Under the pieces are notes generated by a model. The model did not search any database. It saw nothing but the letters and a program-made list of their open reading frames with translations, and was not told where the DNA came from. A stretch of 64,000 nt of DNA, from the NCBI RefSeq assembly GCF_018350175.1, contig NC_058368.1:21330001-21394000 (forward strand), written 5' to 3'. Numbering within the stretch: position 1 is the first letter of the stretch; the number at the start of each line of letters is the position of its first letter. This DNA is from Felis catus. Lineage: Eukaryota. Positions 39,110-51,050 of this stretch are shown piece after piece. A program made the translations under genes and the position numbers.

Positions 39110-39890
39110 AAAAAACTACAAATATCCCTTGATGGATGAATGGGTAAACAAACTGATATATACATACAGTGGAATATTATGCAGCCTTAAAAAGCATTCT
39201 GACACAGGCTACAACATAAATGAACCTTGAAGACATTGTGGTAGGTGAAATAAGCCAGTCAAAAAAGGACAAATACATAATTCCACTTATATGAGGTATA
39301 CACAGAGTAGTCAAATTCACAGAGACAGAAAATAGAATGGTGGTTATCAGGGGCCAGGGGGGGGGAACAGAGTTTTTGTTTAATGGGTGCAGTTTCCTTT
39401 TGGGAAAATTAGGAAGTTCAGAAGATGGACAGTGGTGATGATTACACAACAGTATGAATATACTTAATGCCACTGAAATGTATACTCTTTACAAAAAAAA
39501 ATTACCGAATTTTTACCAAAATTGTTAAAATGGTAAATTTTACACATTTGTTATAAAATAACGTAGGGGCACCTGGGGGGGCTCAGTCACTTAAGCGTCT
39601 GACTTTGGATCCGGTCATGATCTTACAGTCTGTGAGTTCGAACCCCGCATTGGGCTCTGTGCTGACAGCTCAGAGCCTGGAGCCTGCTTCGGATTCTCTG
39701 TCTCCCTCTCTCTCTGTCCCTCCCCAGCTCATGCTCTGTATCTCTCTCTCTCTCTGTATCTCTCTCTCTCTCTCTCTCAAAAATAAATAAACATTAAAAA
39801 ATAATAAATAAAAGTAAAATATAATATAAAATAATGTACACATTATTATACATGTATACATTACATATATTTTACCATAATGAAAAAAAT
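39110..39890 (+). mobile_element. L1MB-like 3' end, interrupted by a SINE
   Basis: gatgaatgggtaaacaaa...gaaccttgaagacatt...gtgaaataagccagtc...cagagacagaaaatagaatggtgg. Confidence 0.85.
39566..39825 (+). mobile_element. SINEC_Fc inside L1
   Basis: TSD tataaaataacgta / tataaaataatgta. Confidence 0.94.
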
Positions 39891-40560
39891 CTAGAAGTCA
39901 GAGAATGGCTAGGCAGAAAATTGCATTTTTCTATATAACTGGAGCAAAGCAGTGGAGTAGACAATATTTGAGTTAGAGTGGTGATCAGGTAGCATATCAT
40001 GAAGGGCCATAGCCACTCTGATAAAGAGTTTGAACTCGGTATTGATGTTTGAATGATTCTAACTAAAATGTTCATAGTCATTCCTAGAAAAAAAAGAGGA
40101 GAAACTGATAATAGGATGATCCAGGAGGCTATTTTATCCATCATGATCTAACCCAGGGTCTTCCTAGTGGAAAGGAAGAAAAGAATTAATAAATATCTAA
40201 AGCATCACAAAGGAAATAGAAGAGGTTTGTTGGTTGATCGGATGGAGAAAAAGATTTAAAAAAGAAAACATCAAAGTGTTTAGCCTGGGAACTGGAAAAA
40301 TGATGGTAATGTTAAGAAAAACACTATGCTCAGAAGAAGGAGATAGTTTACATGTAAAAAAATGATGATTTTGTTTTAACAAGTAAAGTTAGAGCTGACA
40401 ACAGAAAATCAAAATGGGGAAGTCCAGTAAGCAGCTGCAGATGTAAGTGATAAATAAAGAGTAGTTAGCTCAATCTACCAAAGGTAGGCTGAAGATACCA
40501 GCCTCACCTTGTGGCAGCTGGTGAATTAATAATGACCTTCAAATAAAAAGAATTAGTATC

Positions 40561-40770
40561 GGGATGCCTGTGTGGCTCAGTTGGTTAAGCATCTGACTTC
40601 AGTCTAGGCCATGATTTCATGGTTCGTGAGTTTGACCCCCACATCAGGCTCTGTGCTAACAGCTCAGAGCCCGGAGCTGGGTTTGGATTCTGTGTTTCCC
40701 TCCCTCTGCCCCTCCCCTGCTCATGATCTATCTCTCAAAAATAAGTAAGATGTTTAAAAAATTTTCTTTT
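40561..40770 (+). mobile_element. Can-SINE
   Basis: TSD aaagaattagtat on both sides. Confidence 0.93.
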
Positions 40771-40837
40771 AAAGAATTAGTATGAGTACAGTAAGTAAAT
40801 CATCAATGGAAAAGATTGACCATCCTATTTAGGTGAA

Positions 40838-41063
40838 TTTTTTTTTAATGTTTATTTATTTTTGAGAGAGAAAGAGAGACAGAGCACAAGTGGGGGAGGG
40901 GCAGAGAAAGAGGGAGACAGAATCTGAAACAGGCTCCAGGCTCCAGGCTCCGAGCTCTGAACTGTCAGCAGCGAGCCGGATGCAGGGGCTCGAATTCCCA
41001 AATCGTGAGATCATGATCTGAGCCAAAGTTGGACACTTAACCAAATGAGCACCCAGGTGCCCC
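40838..41063 (-). mobile_element. Can-SINE
   Basis: Antisense body ending cacccaggtgcccc. Confidence 0.92.
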
Positions 41064-41332
41064 TAAAACACTTTTTGAGACAGATTTCCTTGGATGGACT
41101 AACAGAATCAAAAGAGAAACCTTTAGGAATCTATCAATTTTTCAATCCAGTTTTCTGACTTATTCCATCTGAGATTTCTTAATCTAATATCAACATACAT
41201 TCTAACAACATAATGTATGAACAAGTGCCAATACCCTATCCTTTGGTGATATTTTCATTGTTTAGTCATTCAACAAACATGTACTAATTGCTCACTAAAG
41301 ACACAGACCCAGTTTTAGAATGTCAGAAATGA

Positions 41333-41549
41333 GGGGCGCCTGGGTGGCGCAGTCGGTTAAGCGTCCGACTTCAGCCAGGTCACGATCTCGCGGTCCGTGA
41401 GTTCGAGCCCCGCGTCAGGCTCTGGGCTGATGGCTCAGAGCCTGGAGCCTGTTTCTGATTCTGTGTCTCCCTCTCTCTCTGCCCCTCCCCCGTTCATGCT
41501 CTGTCTCTCTCTGTCCCAACAATAAATAAACGTTGAAAAAAAAAAATTT
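41333..41549 (+). mobile_element. Young SINEC_Fc
   Basis: Perfect TSD agaatgtcagaaatga (41317-41332 / 41550-41565). Confidence 0.97.
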
Positions 41550-41571
41550 AGAATGTCAGAAATGAAAGAGT

Positions 41572-41836
41572 GGGGTGCCTGGGTGGCTCAGTTGGTTGAG
41601 CATCCAACTCTTGATTTCAGCTCAGGTCATGATCCCAGGGTCGTGGGACTGAGCCCCACATCAGGCTCCATGCCAACTATGGAGACTGCTGAAGATTCTC
41701 TCTCTCTCTAGGGGCATCTGGGTGGCTCTGTCGGTTAACCATCTGACTCTTGATCTCGGCTCAGGTCATGATCTTGTGGTTTGTAGGTTCAAGCCCTGCA
41801 TCAGGCTCTGCACTGAGAGTGTGGAGCCTGCTTGGG

Positions 41837-41888
<52 letters not shown>

Positions 41889-42048
41889 CCTACCCTGCTT
41901 GCTCTCTTTCTCAAAATAAACTTTAAAAAATTATAAAAGAAAAAGATTCTCTCTCTCGTTCTCCCTCTGCCCCATTACCCGCCCCCCCCCCCCCGCTCAC
42001 CCTCTCTCTTTCTAAAAAATAAAATAAATCTTTAAAAAAAAAGAAAAA
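41572..42048 (+). mobile_element. Can-SINE split by a nested SINE
   Basis: 5' part 41572-41710, 3' part about 41943-42048; outer TSD agaaatgaaagagt / agaaatgcaaagagt. Confidence 0.9.
41711..41942 (+). mobile_element. Can-SINE nested in another SINE
   Basis: TSD aagattctctctctc (41692-41706 / 41943-41957). Confidence 0.92.
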
Positions 42049-42208
42049 AGAAATGCAAAGAGTAATGCTACATATCCCAGGCCTTGGAAGAGCTCACAGT
42101 CTCGAGGGGAAAATAGGATAGATGAAGCATTGATCCTGATCTAGAACACTAATACTCTTCTTATCAGAGTACTGTGTTAAGTCTCCTAGTAAAAATGACC
42201 CCTGGTAG

Positions 42209-42415
42209 GGGGTGCCTGGGTGGCTCAGTTGGTTAAGCATCTGACTCTTGATTTCAGCTCAGGTCATGATCTCACAGTTTGTGAGTTGAGGCCCTGTGTT
42301 GGGATCTGCACTGACAGTGAGGATCCTGCTTGGGATTCTATTTCCCTCTCTCTCTGCCCCTCCCCCTCTTGCTTTCTAACTCTATCTCAAAATAAATAAA
42401 AATAAAATTTAAAAA
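42209..42415 (+). mobile_element. Can-SINE
   Basis: TSD atgacccctggta / atgaccactggta. Confidence 0.93.
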
Positions 42416-43441
42416 AAGATGACCACTGGTAGTATTTACCTTGGTTTTTAGAAAGACTTAATCATATTATCAGTTGGTTATAGCAAACTGTTATAAACAA
42501 TTGTAATATCCTAGGTTAACCAATATATGTAATTATTATAATTATTACTTAAAATGTATGGAGAAAGATAGGTGATGGCAGTTCTCAAGAAAGGAAAGAA
42601 TGAGCCTTCTTATTAACAAAAAATTTTGAAGCTCCTCTCTACTTAAATATATAAAGAGTATTACTTGATTAATACAGAATCAACAATACTACACACAGCC
42701 CTTCCAGCTGGAACTTTCATTACTTTTATTACCTATGCACTTCAGTCTGGCATATTAAAAAGAAAGACAGATGCATTCTGTTAATTATTTAATGTAAGTA
42801 TCTTCTTCCCCCTAGATATCATGCCAGCTACTTAAGGATAAGAATTATGTCTTTTCTTTTGATACCCCTATAAACCTAACCAGGTCTTAATATAGTTGCT
42901 TAATCTAATTAAAATAAATTAAGCTTGTGCCTTGCAATCCTGTGTCATTTACACTGTATCATAAAACATTGCCAAATTAGTAATTAAACATGCCATACTT
43001 GGTTAGCACCAAATTTTTTCTTCATTTTTTGTTGTTTTTTAATATCCAAAATGCCACTTCTCTTTCTCATAGCCAGTTCCTACAACTTTGGAATTTACAG
43101 TATTTTCATATTTCCATAATGACACCTGCTGGTAGGAGAAGAATGGATGAACTGCAGGAATTTTATTCAACTAGCTATAGCCAGTTATATTCCAGTCTGA
43201 AACAACTAATGTTCCTGAACATACAAAGAGTAAATCTCAATGACTCCAAATACCCCCATACTAAAAATTTGATAATATTAGTACTGTTTCAATGCTATTT
43301 TCCAGCCAGATTTAAAATTTATCCCCATGATTTCTGTCCAAGGCAAAACTGCTACAATTAAAGACAGTTATTATTAATGGCCTTAAAATTATCAATTCAC
43401 TTATGTTAAGTATTTTACTCCATTTAAGAGTCGGCATTTAA

Positions 43442-43650
43442 GGGGCACCTGGGTGGCTCAGACAGCTGAGCATCTGACTTTTGATTTTGGCTCAGGTCAT
43501 GATTTCATGATTTGTGGGATCAAGCCCCTCATCAGGCTCTGAGCTGCCTGTTTGGGATTCTCTCTTTCTCCCTCTCTCTGCCCCTCCCCTGTGCATGCAC
43601 TTGCTCTCTTGCTCTCTCTCCCAAAATAAATAAATAAACATGAAAAAAAA
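43442..43650 (+). mobile_element. Can-SINE
   Basis: TSD aagagtcggcatttaa / aagagttggcaattaa. Confidence 0.92.
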
Positions 43651-43680
43651 AAGAGTTGGCAATTAAAATATGACTATTTA

Positions 43681-43793
43681 AGAGGAAGACAGCAGCAGGG
43701 TAGGAGGACCCTAGGCTTGTCTTGTCCCACGAACACATCTAGATAACTATCATATCATTCTAAATACCCCAGAAATCAACCTGAAGACTGACC
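43681..43793 (+). mobile_element. Isolated carnivore L1 5'UTR start, TSD-flanked, no tail
   Basis: gaggaagac...gtaggaggaccctaggcttgtcttgtcccacgaacacatctagataac...cagaaatcaacctgaagactg resembles the recalled L1_Carn 5' terminus; flanks aaatatgactattta / aaatatggctactta. Confidence 0.7.
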
Positions 43794-44059
43794 AAATATG
43801 GCTACTTACGAGATTATCATTCTCTTAAACTTCTCCTGTTCTTCCATATGACCAACTAATAAAGTTTAAGTGGCCCAGCAGACCATGAATGGGGCATTTG
43901 TCTCAGTGGTAACCTGCATGTCTTGCCCTTTGGAAAAGCAAGTGGGAAAGGCAGCAGGCCTGGCCACCTCTGGAAACACTTCTGGAAGCTCAGGATGAGC
44001 TATAGGTCTCCTGCACTACCCAAATAAGAGACACGGCTGCTCTGTTCATCTACTGTTCT

Positions 44060-44160
44060 ACACTGTAAGCCTCGTGAGGGACAGGATTGTGCCTGACTCA
44101 CATCCTCAGTGCTCAGCACGCCCCCTGACATACAGTAGACATCGATGAATATTTTTCAAC
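44060..44160 (+). mobile_element. L2 3' end
   Basis: ctgtaagcctcgtgagggacagg...cagtgctcagcac...acatacagtagacatcgatgaatattt. Confidence 0.65.
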
Positions 44161-44162
44161 AA

Positions 44163-44168
44163 GTGTGT

Positions 44169-44216
<48 letters not shown>
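44163..44216. repeat. (TG)n microsatellite
   Basis: Direct observation. Confidence 0.95.
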
Positions 44217-45365
44217 TTAGCAGCCAAATAGACTAGATCCTGGGCACATCTTATCCAGACACCAAGATGTTAGTAAGATTAGGTGGGTTCACTTTGACAA
44301 CACCTGAATGAGTTTATTCAGTAGTTTATTCAGTTTAGAAAGCATGAAAATTAACGAAGATGGCCTCAAATACAATGTGGGTAAGCTCAATGCACCCAGA
44401 TTTCCTAAACAATTTCCTACTACAATTAGTAGGCAAACGTTTAACTCATTATAACACATATTATACAGACTCTTTCTTATTTAACCAGCAATTCTTCTTC
44501 ATTAGACATCAGTCATGTTCGCCAGCCACAGGGGAAGAGAGTCTCAGAATGAGTTTTCTTTCTAGACTGCCTGCAGGCTAGAGTCCATACTGGCCTTCAC
44601 TCAGCTGACACCCTACTTGTGATTGTTTTGTCTTTACAAGTATGCTAACCTCTCACACTTCCCCAGACTTGCTTAAGTTTGATTTCTTTCACACAGAGAA
44701 GGAAAGGCTTATAGGCAAAGTATGTGAAGTAGACTGTTTCTGAATCCCCATCTCAAAAACATTCCCCTTCATCCAAAACAGTAGGGAAAGGGACATAATT
44801 ATCATGCTTATTAATCAAAAGCTACAGTTTTCTTTCAAAAAGGAAAACCCTTTGGGTACTTTAAAAGTCTTTCTTTGTATCCCTACTGTATGTAGACTGT
44901 AAATCAATTCAATAAATATTATAAACACCTACTAGGAGCTAGCCCTGGTAGACACTGAATAAAAGAAAGAATTCTTGGATTTTGCCCTCAAAGAAAAGAG
45001 TCCATGGTCCAGCATTATAGGCAGTGGCCTAGTCTGCTGTGAGGACTAACTTACATCCTAACAGCAAGTCAGTATTTAGCTAACTTTGTGCTTCCAGTCC
45101 CCAGCCCCACCTCACAGAGCATCTCTGTGTGCACAGGGCTGAAGAAAACATATCAGAAAGACTGTAATATTTCAGAATACCATGACCCATTCCAGAATAC
45201 CATGGCCCATTAGGACACCCCAGGAACAGTAACTATAGGTCAAGGATTCCTACCAGCACTAGGCCTGGGGCTTTGCTCATCCATTTTTTTTTTTTTTTTG
45301 ATGGAGAAATGAAACTTTGCAGAAAAACTTCAGTGATTGAGAATAACCCAATCTTTGGGCCATAT

Positions 45366-45367
<2 letters not shown>

Positions 45368-45414
<47 letters not shown>
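45368..45414. repeat. (TG)n microsatellite
   Basis: Direct observation. Confidence 0.95.
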
Positions 45415-45415
<1 letters not shown>

Positions 45416-45699
45416 TAGAGTGGCAGACACACCGAATTGGGACTCTTGGTCCAATATTCTACACAGCTGATGAAAGTACTTCATTCTTTGCTTTATTCCC
45501 AGAGAAAATACCATTGTGATTCATTCTGCCTAGGGCTTTTCAAAGACCAGAATCACAGGGGAAACTCCAACTCTCTTTTTCATACCCTCCTGTCAAAATG
45601 CACTTTGAAAGAACAAAACATTTCTTCACCTGGATCCCTGACCTGAGATAAAACCGTGAACTATTGGAGAGAGGTTGAGGAAAAATGGGAAATTATATA

Positions 45700-45870
45700 T
45701 AATGAGTGCTTATCCATACCAAGCACTTATCATGTGCCCTTTTAGGTCTCACAACAATCCTGAGAAGTGTGATCATCCAGACTTTGTAGCTGAAGAAACT
45801 AAAGTTCAGAGAGGCTGAGAAACTTGCTGACGTCACATAGCTGGTAGGTGGCAGAATCAAGGTTACTCCT
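45700..45870 (-). mobile_element. MIR
   Basis: ctcacaacaatcctgagaag...gaagaaactaaagttcagagaggctgagaaacttgc...gtcacatagctggtaggtggcaga. Confidence 0.75.
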
Positions 45871-46098
45871 CCCATTACAACATGCTGCTCACCTCTACAC
45901 GTGTATTCCAGCTACTACCAAATATTTCCATGTAAGAGTGAAGGCACGAAACAGGGAAGGTCTGGGTTTTATGCGGCCCAAAGCTAATACAAAGTTTGTA
46001 TCCCTCTTTAAAGAAAATAAAATACAAAATTAGATGCAAAAAATGAATATTTCTTGGGAATGAGTAGAGAAATTACACTTTTTTTTAAAAGATGACAA

Positions 46099-46329
46099 GG
46101 GGCACCTGGGTGGCTCAATCAGTCAAGCATCTGACTTCGGCTCAAGTCAGGATCTCACAGCTCATGGGTTCGAACCCCGTGTGGGGCTCTGTGCTGACAG
46201 CTCAGAGCCTGGAGCTTGCTTCAAGTTCTGTGTCTCCCTCTCTCTCTGCCCTTCCCCTGCTAACACTCTGTCTCTCTCTCTCTCTCCTTCAGAAATAAAT
46301 AAACATTTCTTTAAGTAAAAAAAAAAAAG
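46099..46329 (+). mobile_element. SINEC_Fc
   Basis: Full head, body and A tail. Confidence 0.93.
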
Positions 46330-47261
46330 ACAGATACAACAAACATTTTCTTTCAATTTATACTTTTGGCTTCCAATAGACATACATCCTTTCTATCACA
46401 TCTGAATTTTGGTATAAACAATAATTCTGGGGGAAAAACATACAAAATTAACCAGAAATTAAGGCATACACAAGAACAATTCAAATATCCCTACATTGCA
46501 TTCAGTAACATAATTAGATAGTTGAATTCCTCTTACGCTACATACTGTGAATTACTGATGGGATTATATGAGAGTTTTGTCACCAGAACACTTACTCCTC
46601 AGGACGTTTCTCTTGCTTTGGTGGTGATTTTGCACATCCTTTCCTCTGAAACCAAATTTTGTTGGGACAAGAGGCAACAGATACAATAAGAGGAGATCCA
46701 GAATGGGAGGCAGAAACATGCACAAACACAAGAATTCTGATGAAATCTATTTCTTGCTGTTCACATAAGAGAAAGAAAAATATACGTAGTGAGTTTATAA
46801 TTGTATGCTCAGCCCTATTAAGCATATTCCAAAGAGGAGACAATATATTTGGCTAGGCATCAATCTTCTGCCCACAATTTCATGTCTGCCGAAAGTGAGA
46901 ATTTTCCACAGCTGAGCTTCTCAAACCTTGCTTCAAACCTTTTTTATCTCCACTGCTCTGTACTGCCAGTGATGAGAGCCATAAGCTGGCTTATATGGCC
47001 CTCACTTTTCCTCACCATCTCTGCTGGGTAAGTCATCCACTGGGTGGATTCCTGAAAGTCATTCCTCACCCAGATGGCCACAAAAGGGCCTACAAACTAC
47101 ATAAAAATATTGCACCAAACTACATGTATCCCTAGTTCAACTTCCTTTTAGCCAGATCCAAAACATGCCCACCACTCAGATGCCAGCTGACAAATTGTGA
47201 CGGGAAAGCCAAAGTAGAAAGAGGTGATCTTGAGTGATTATATTTAAAACATTGTGCTTAT

Positions 47262-47488
47262 GGGGCGCCTGGGTGGCGCAGTCGGTTAAGCGTCTGACTT
47301 CAGCCAGGTCACGATCTCGCGGTCTGTGAGTTCGAGCCCCGCGTCGGGCTCTGGGCTGATGGCTCAGAGCCTGGAGCCTGTTTCCGATTCTGTGTCTCCC
47401 TCTCTCTCTGCCCCTCCCCCGTTCATGCTCTGTCTCTCTCTGTCCCAAAAATAAATAAACGTTGAAAAAAAAATTTTTTTTTTTAAAA
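47262..47488 (+). mobile_element. Young SINEC_Fc
   Basis: TSD taaaacattgtgctt (47245-47259 / 47489-47503). Confidence 0.97.
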
Positions 47489-47774
47489 TAAAACATTGTG
47501 CTTTTGCAAAATTTAGAAACATACATGATCATGTAAACACTCTGACAGTGCCCCTTGCAGGGCCTTTATTAGATTGCTGGAGACTGGCTGCCTGCATGGA
47601 AAAGATCATACTATATCCAAATAGAATTGGACGAGAAGCAGTCCAAGCACCAAGAGGATATTTGATGAGTCTAACAAGGTTTCTGGGTGTACCTATCTAT
47701 TGGAGGACAAGACTTAATTCAAGGCAGACACAAAGGGAGAGAAGAAGAGTAAAGCAATCATCTATGCTTTGATT

Positions 47775-47969
47775 GCTTTTTAAATGTTTTTATTTATTTC
47801 TTTGGAGAGAGAGAGTGAATGAGGGGCAGAGAGAGAGAGAGGGAGAGAGAGAATCCCAAGCAGGCTCCACGCTGTCAGAACCTCAACAGGGGTCCTACGA
47901 CCCTAGGATCATGACCTGAGACAAAATCAAGAGTCAAACACTTAACCAACTGAGCCACCCAGGCACTCC
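47775..47969 (-). mobile_element. Can-SINE
   Basis: Antisense body ending gagccacccaggcactcc. Confidence 0.9.
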
Positions 47970-48937
47970 TTGATGATTTTAATAAACCACAGTCATGTTC
48001 TGGTAAGTCACAGCCACCTAGTGAGACTGAGAGTGTCCCCCAAAGGTTGCCTCCACAATCCATTCTAAACAAAACGTTGGGGAGCAATACAGTACAGTTC
48101 AATAATTAAGATTAGCCTTTTGGCTGTTTTATTTTTTCTCCCCCAGGGTGGTAGTTTATCTTCCTCACACGTGTATAATGGGCCACTTTGTAGAAAAACT
48201 AGCAGAATTATTTATTGTCCCTTGCATTATTTTTTAGAGCCTGATATAGACTTTAAGGTTATTGTTGCGGTCTTTTTTTTCTCCTTCTTGTTAGCTCATC
48301 AAAGTTTACATATCTAGTTTCAGGAAAGGCCAATTGGTTTTCATAAGAACTGAAAAAGATAAATATGATCCCTCACCAAAAAACAGTGTGAGGTCCTTTT
48401 AGTCCACTGAATAGTGCCTATACAGTTGATCCTTCAAAGGGAAATACCCATTAATTTCACCTCTAAAGGACATACAAAATTGACCCTCAGGATCTGAGGC
48501 CTTCATTTGTATGTGCTATATAAACAACTGCCTCTTTCCCTCCTGTTGCTACCTGAATTGAATGAGATAGACTAGGGAGCTTGAGCATTCCCCTTTTCCT
48601 GGACACAGATATCCACAAACAAATCCCACAATCCTGTAGTCGTCTCCTATCCCCTAAGTCCAAATGCATAACACAGTCTTTTCTGACAGTTGTAAGGTTG
48701 AAAACCAAGGGGGTGGGGGGGATGCTTTGCCACGCTTGCTTAGGCCTCCACAACAAAATCACATCATAGATTCTCTTCCCATAATGCTAGTTCACAAAAG
48801 AAAGGAAACGAGAACTTTAGTTGCTGGCTACTGTGTACCAGGAACTTTCATACATGTTTCATACATACCTTTTGATGGTAAATATTATTATCCATATTTT
48901 ATAGATAAGGAAACGGAGGCTCAGAAAGTTTAAGACA

Positions 48938-49222
48938 GGGGCGCCTGGGTGGCTCAGTCGGTTAAGCGTCCGACTTCGGCTCAGGTCGTGATCTCGCGGT
49001 CCGTGAGTTCGAGCCCCGCGTCGGGCTCTGTGCTGACAGCTCAGAGCCTGGAGCCTGTTTCAGATTCTGTGTCTCCCTCTCTCTGACCCTCCCCCGTTCA
49101 TGCTCTGTCTCTCTCTGTCTCAAAAATAAATAAACGTTGATGGGTATTGAGGAGGGCACCTTTTGGGATGAGCACTGGGTGTTGTATGGAAACCAATTTG
49201 TCAATAAATTTCATATAAAAAA

Positions 49223-49261
<39 letters not shown>

Positions 49262-49288
49262 ACGTTAAAAAAAATTAAAAAAAAAAAA
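48938..49288 (+). mobile_element. Young SINEC_Fc carrying an L1 3' stub in its tail, inserted in a MIR
   Basis: Outer perfect TSD agaaagtttaagaca (48923-48937 / 49289-49303). Confidence 0.95.
49139..49251 (+). mobile_element. Felid L1 3'-terminal stub (about 78 nt plus (AAAT)n tail)
   Basis: gatgggtattgaggagggcaccttttgggatgagcactgggtgttgtatggaaaccaatttgtcaataaatttcatat; inner TSD aaataaataaacgtt. Confidence 0.9.
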
Positions 49289-49344
49289 AGAAAGTTTAAG
49301 ACATTTCCCCCAAGATTCTGCAGCTGTAAAGGAGCAGTATTCTG

Positions 49345-49550
49345 AAATCTTGTGAAATGGTACCTACGGTGTAAAGTAAGGAAACCTTGGGTTTGGGGCT
49401 CCATTCCTGGCTCTGCACACAATAGCAGTATGACCAGAGACAGATGATGGTGCCCCCCTTTTCTCATCATAAAACAGGAGTAAGAACAGCACCTACCTCA
49501 GAGGTGTCACAAAGGTTGAATGAGTGGTAGCTATCAAAGGCCAGCACCTA
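49345..49550 (+). mobile_element. MIR
   Basis: ccattcctggctctgcac...ctcatcataaaacaggagtaagaacagcacctacctcagagg. Confidence 0.6.
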
Positions 49551-50149
49551 AAAGACACAGAGTAATTTTTGTTACTTTCCCTTCCTCTCAAGTTTCTTGG
49601 AGACAGAGGCCACATCTTTTCTCTTATCTTTTTTTTATCTTACACACACTCAGTCTTTTGCAAATATCTGTGGAAATGAGCCCTGCCATGTCCAGTGCTT
49701 TTTGGGGACAGCTGACACAGTGTTTTCCGAAACAACACCAGGCATCCTCATGAAACTTTGATTTCAACAGATTGGATGATATATCTCACACAACAATACA
49801 TTTAAAGTAAGAAACGGGTGGGAAAAGCATTTTGCAATTTTTTAAACCATCAGCTCCAGTGTCTCCTTTTTATTAAAAAAGATTTTAAGCCAGTGGGACG
49901 TAAAGTGAAACCATAATCAAGTTATCAAACAAACATTCTGAGCAGCATCAAGCCTCTACAAGAGGCACGAATGGCTAGTGGATGAGGAGTACGTCTGACC
50001 CAGGGAAGCCTGGCTTCCAGGGTTCCAAACCAGCTGCACAGACACTAAGCACATAAATGCCAGAGCCAGCCCCCAGCCATGCATGAAGGACACACTAGTA
50101 TAAGAAACAGGGTTCGGCCTATAAACACACACTTTGGCAAGAATTGGTC

Positions 50150-50400
50150 CGTCTCCACTTCAAACACCCTAGTCTAAGCCATCATTATCTCTAGTTTAGA
50201 ATTCTGCAATAGATACCCAGCTCCTGCCCTTGACCTCTTTCATCTGTTTTTACACTACAGCCAAAGAAAACTTTTAAAAACACCTATCAGACCATGTCAG
50301 CCCCCTGGTCTCCTACAGTTCCTAGAATCAAAACTAAATTCTTCACTATGGCCTGGAAGGCCTAATGAGATCTGGCTTCTGTGTACCTCTTTATTCAGTG
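50150..50400 (+). mobile_element. L2 fragment
   Basis: ccctagtctaagccatcattatctc...ctgcaatag...tcagaccatgtc...aaactaaattcttcactatggcctggaaggcc. Confidence 0.65.
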
Positions 50401-51050
50401 AAAGAATGAATTATAAACAAGTGAATGAGACAGATATAGCACGGCACCACCTGCCTGGGATAAAGCCCAGAGCGTCTTGCATATGGCAAGTGACTGGTAT
50501 TGTTCGCACTTAACCTTTATGAAATGGCTTTAGCACACTGGGATGTGTACAGAACAACAAAGGCAATCCAAAAGCCCCAGTACTTCAAGAGCTATATTCT
50601 AGGAGTTAGTTTTCCAAAAACTGAAGGAAAGGAAGGGTATTTCTTGGCAACATTTGTTTTATTCTTTTTCCTTCTTCAGACTTAGAGAGCATGGTGCATG
50701 GAGAGCAGTGAGAAAGAAAAAACTAGGAACGCTAGGAAAAAGTAGATGTGCTACTAGGAGGAAGGGAGAAAAGGAAACCAGTAAAAATATCAGGAATGGG
50801 GCAGGGAGGTCAGAGAAGAGAAGAAGTAATGAGGAAGAAATAGGGAATCCATTTAAGGCTTGCTGTTTCTCCCTCTCTCAAATAGATATCGGACTGGGAT
50901 TCATCTGAAAAAACAGAAATCAAGGTGAGTCTCTGTGACCTCAGACAGACCCGTGACCATGCAAGAATGGACTGCACTGTATGTTAATTATACTTGAATA
51001 AAAAATTATTATTAATTAAAAAATATTTTTTTAAATGACTACAGTAGCTA

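Larger units (their letters stand above)
45952..47565 (+). mobile_element. hAT-Tip100 DNA transposon fossil (Zaphod/MER115-like), interrupted by two SINEs
   Basis: Left end cagggaaggtctgggttttatgcggcccaaagctaatacaa...ccctctttaaagaaaa; right part ttgcaaaatttagaaacatacatgatcatgtaaacac...gggcc; family recalled from memory. Confidence 0.6.

Noticed and set aside
45171..45211. 20-bp tandem duplication (similar ones near 1033, 1300, 15659, 35196)
   Set aside because: Ordinary slippage duplications with two copies each; not an array and not CRISPR-like.
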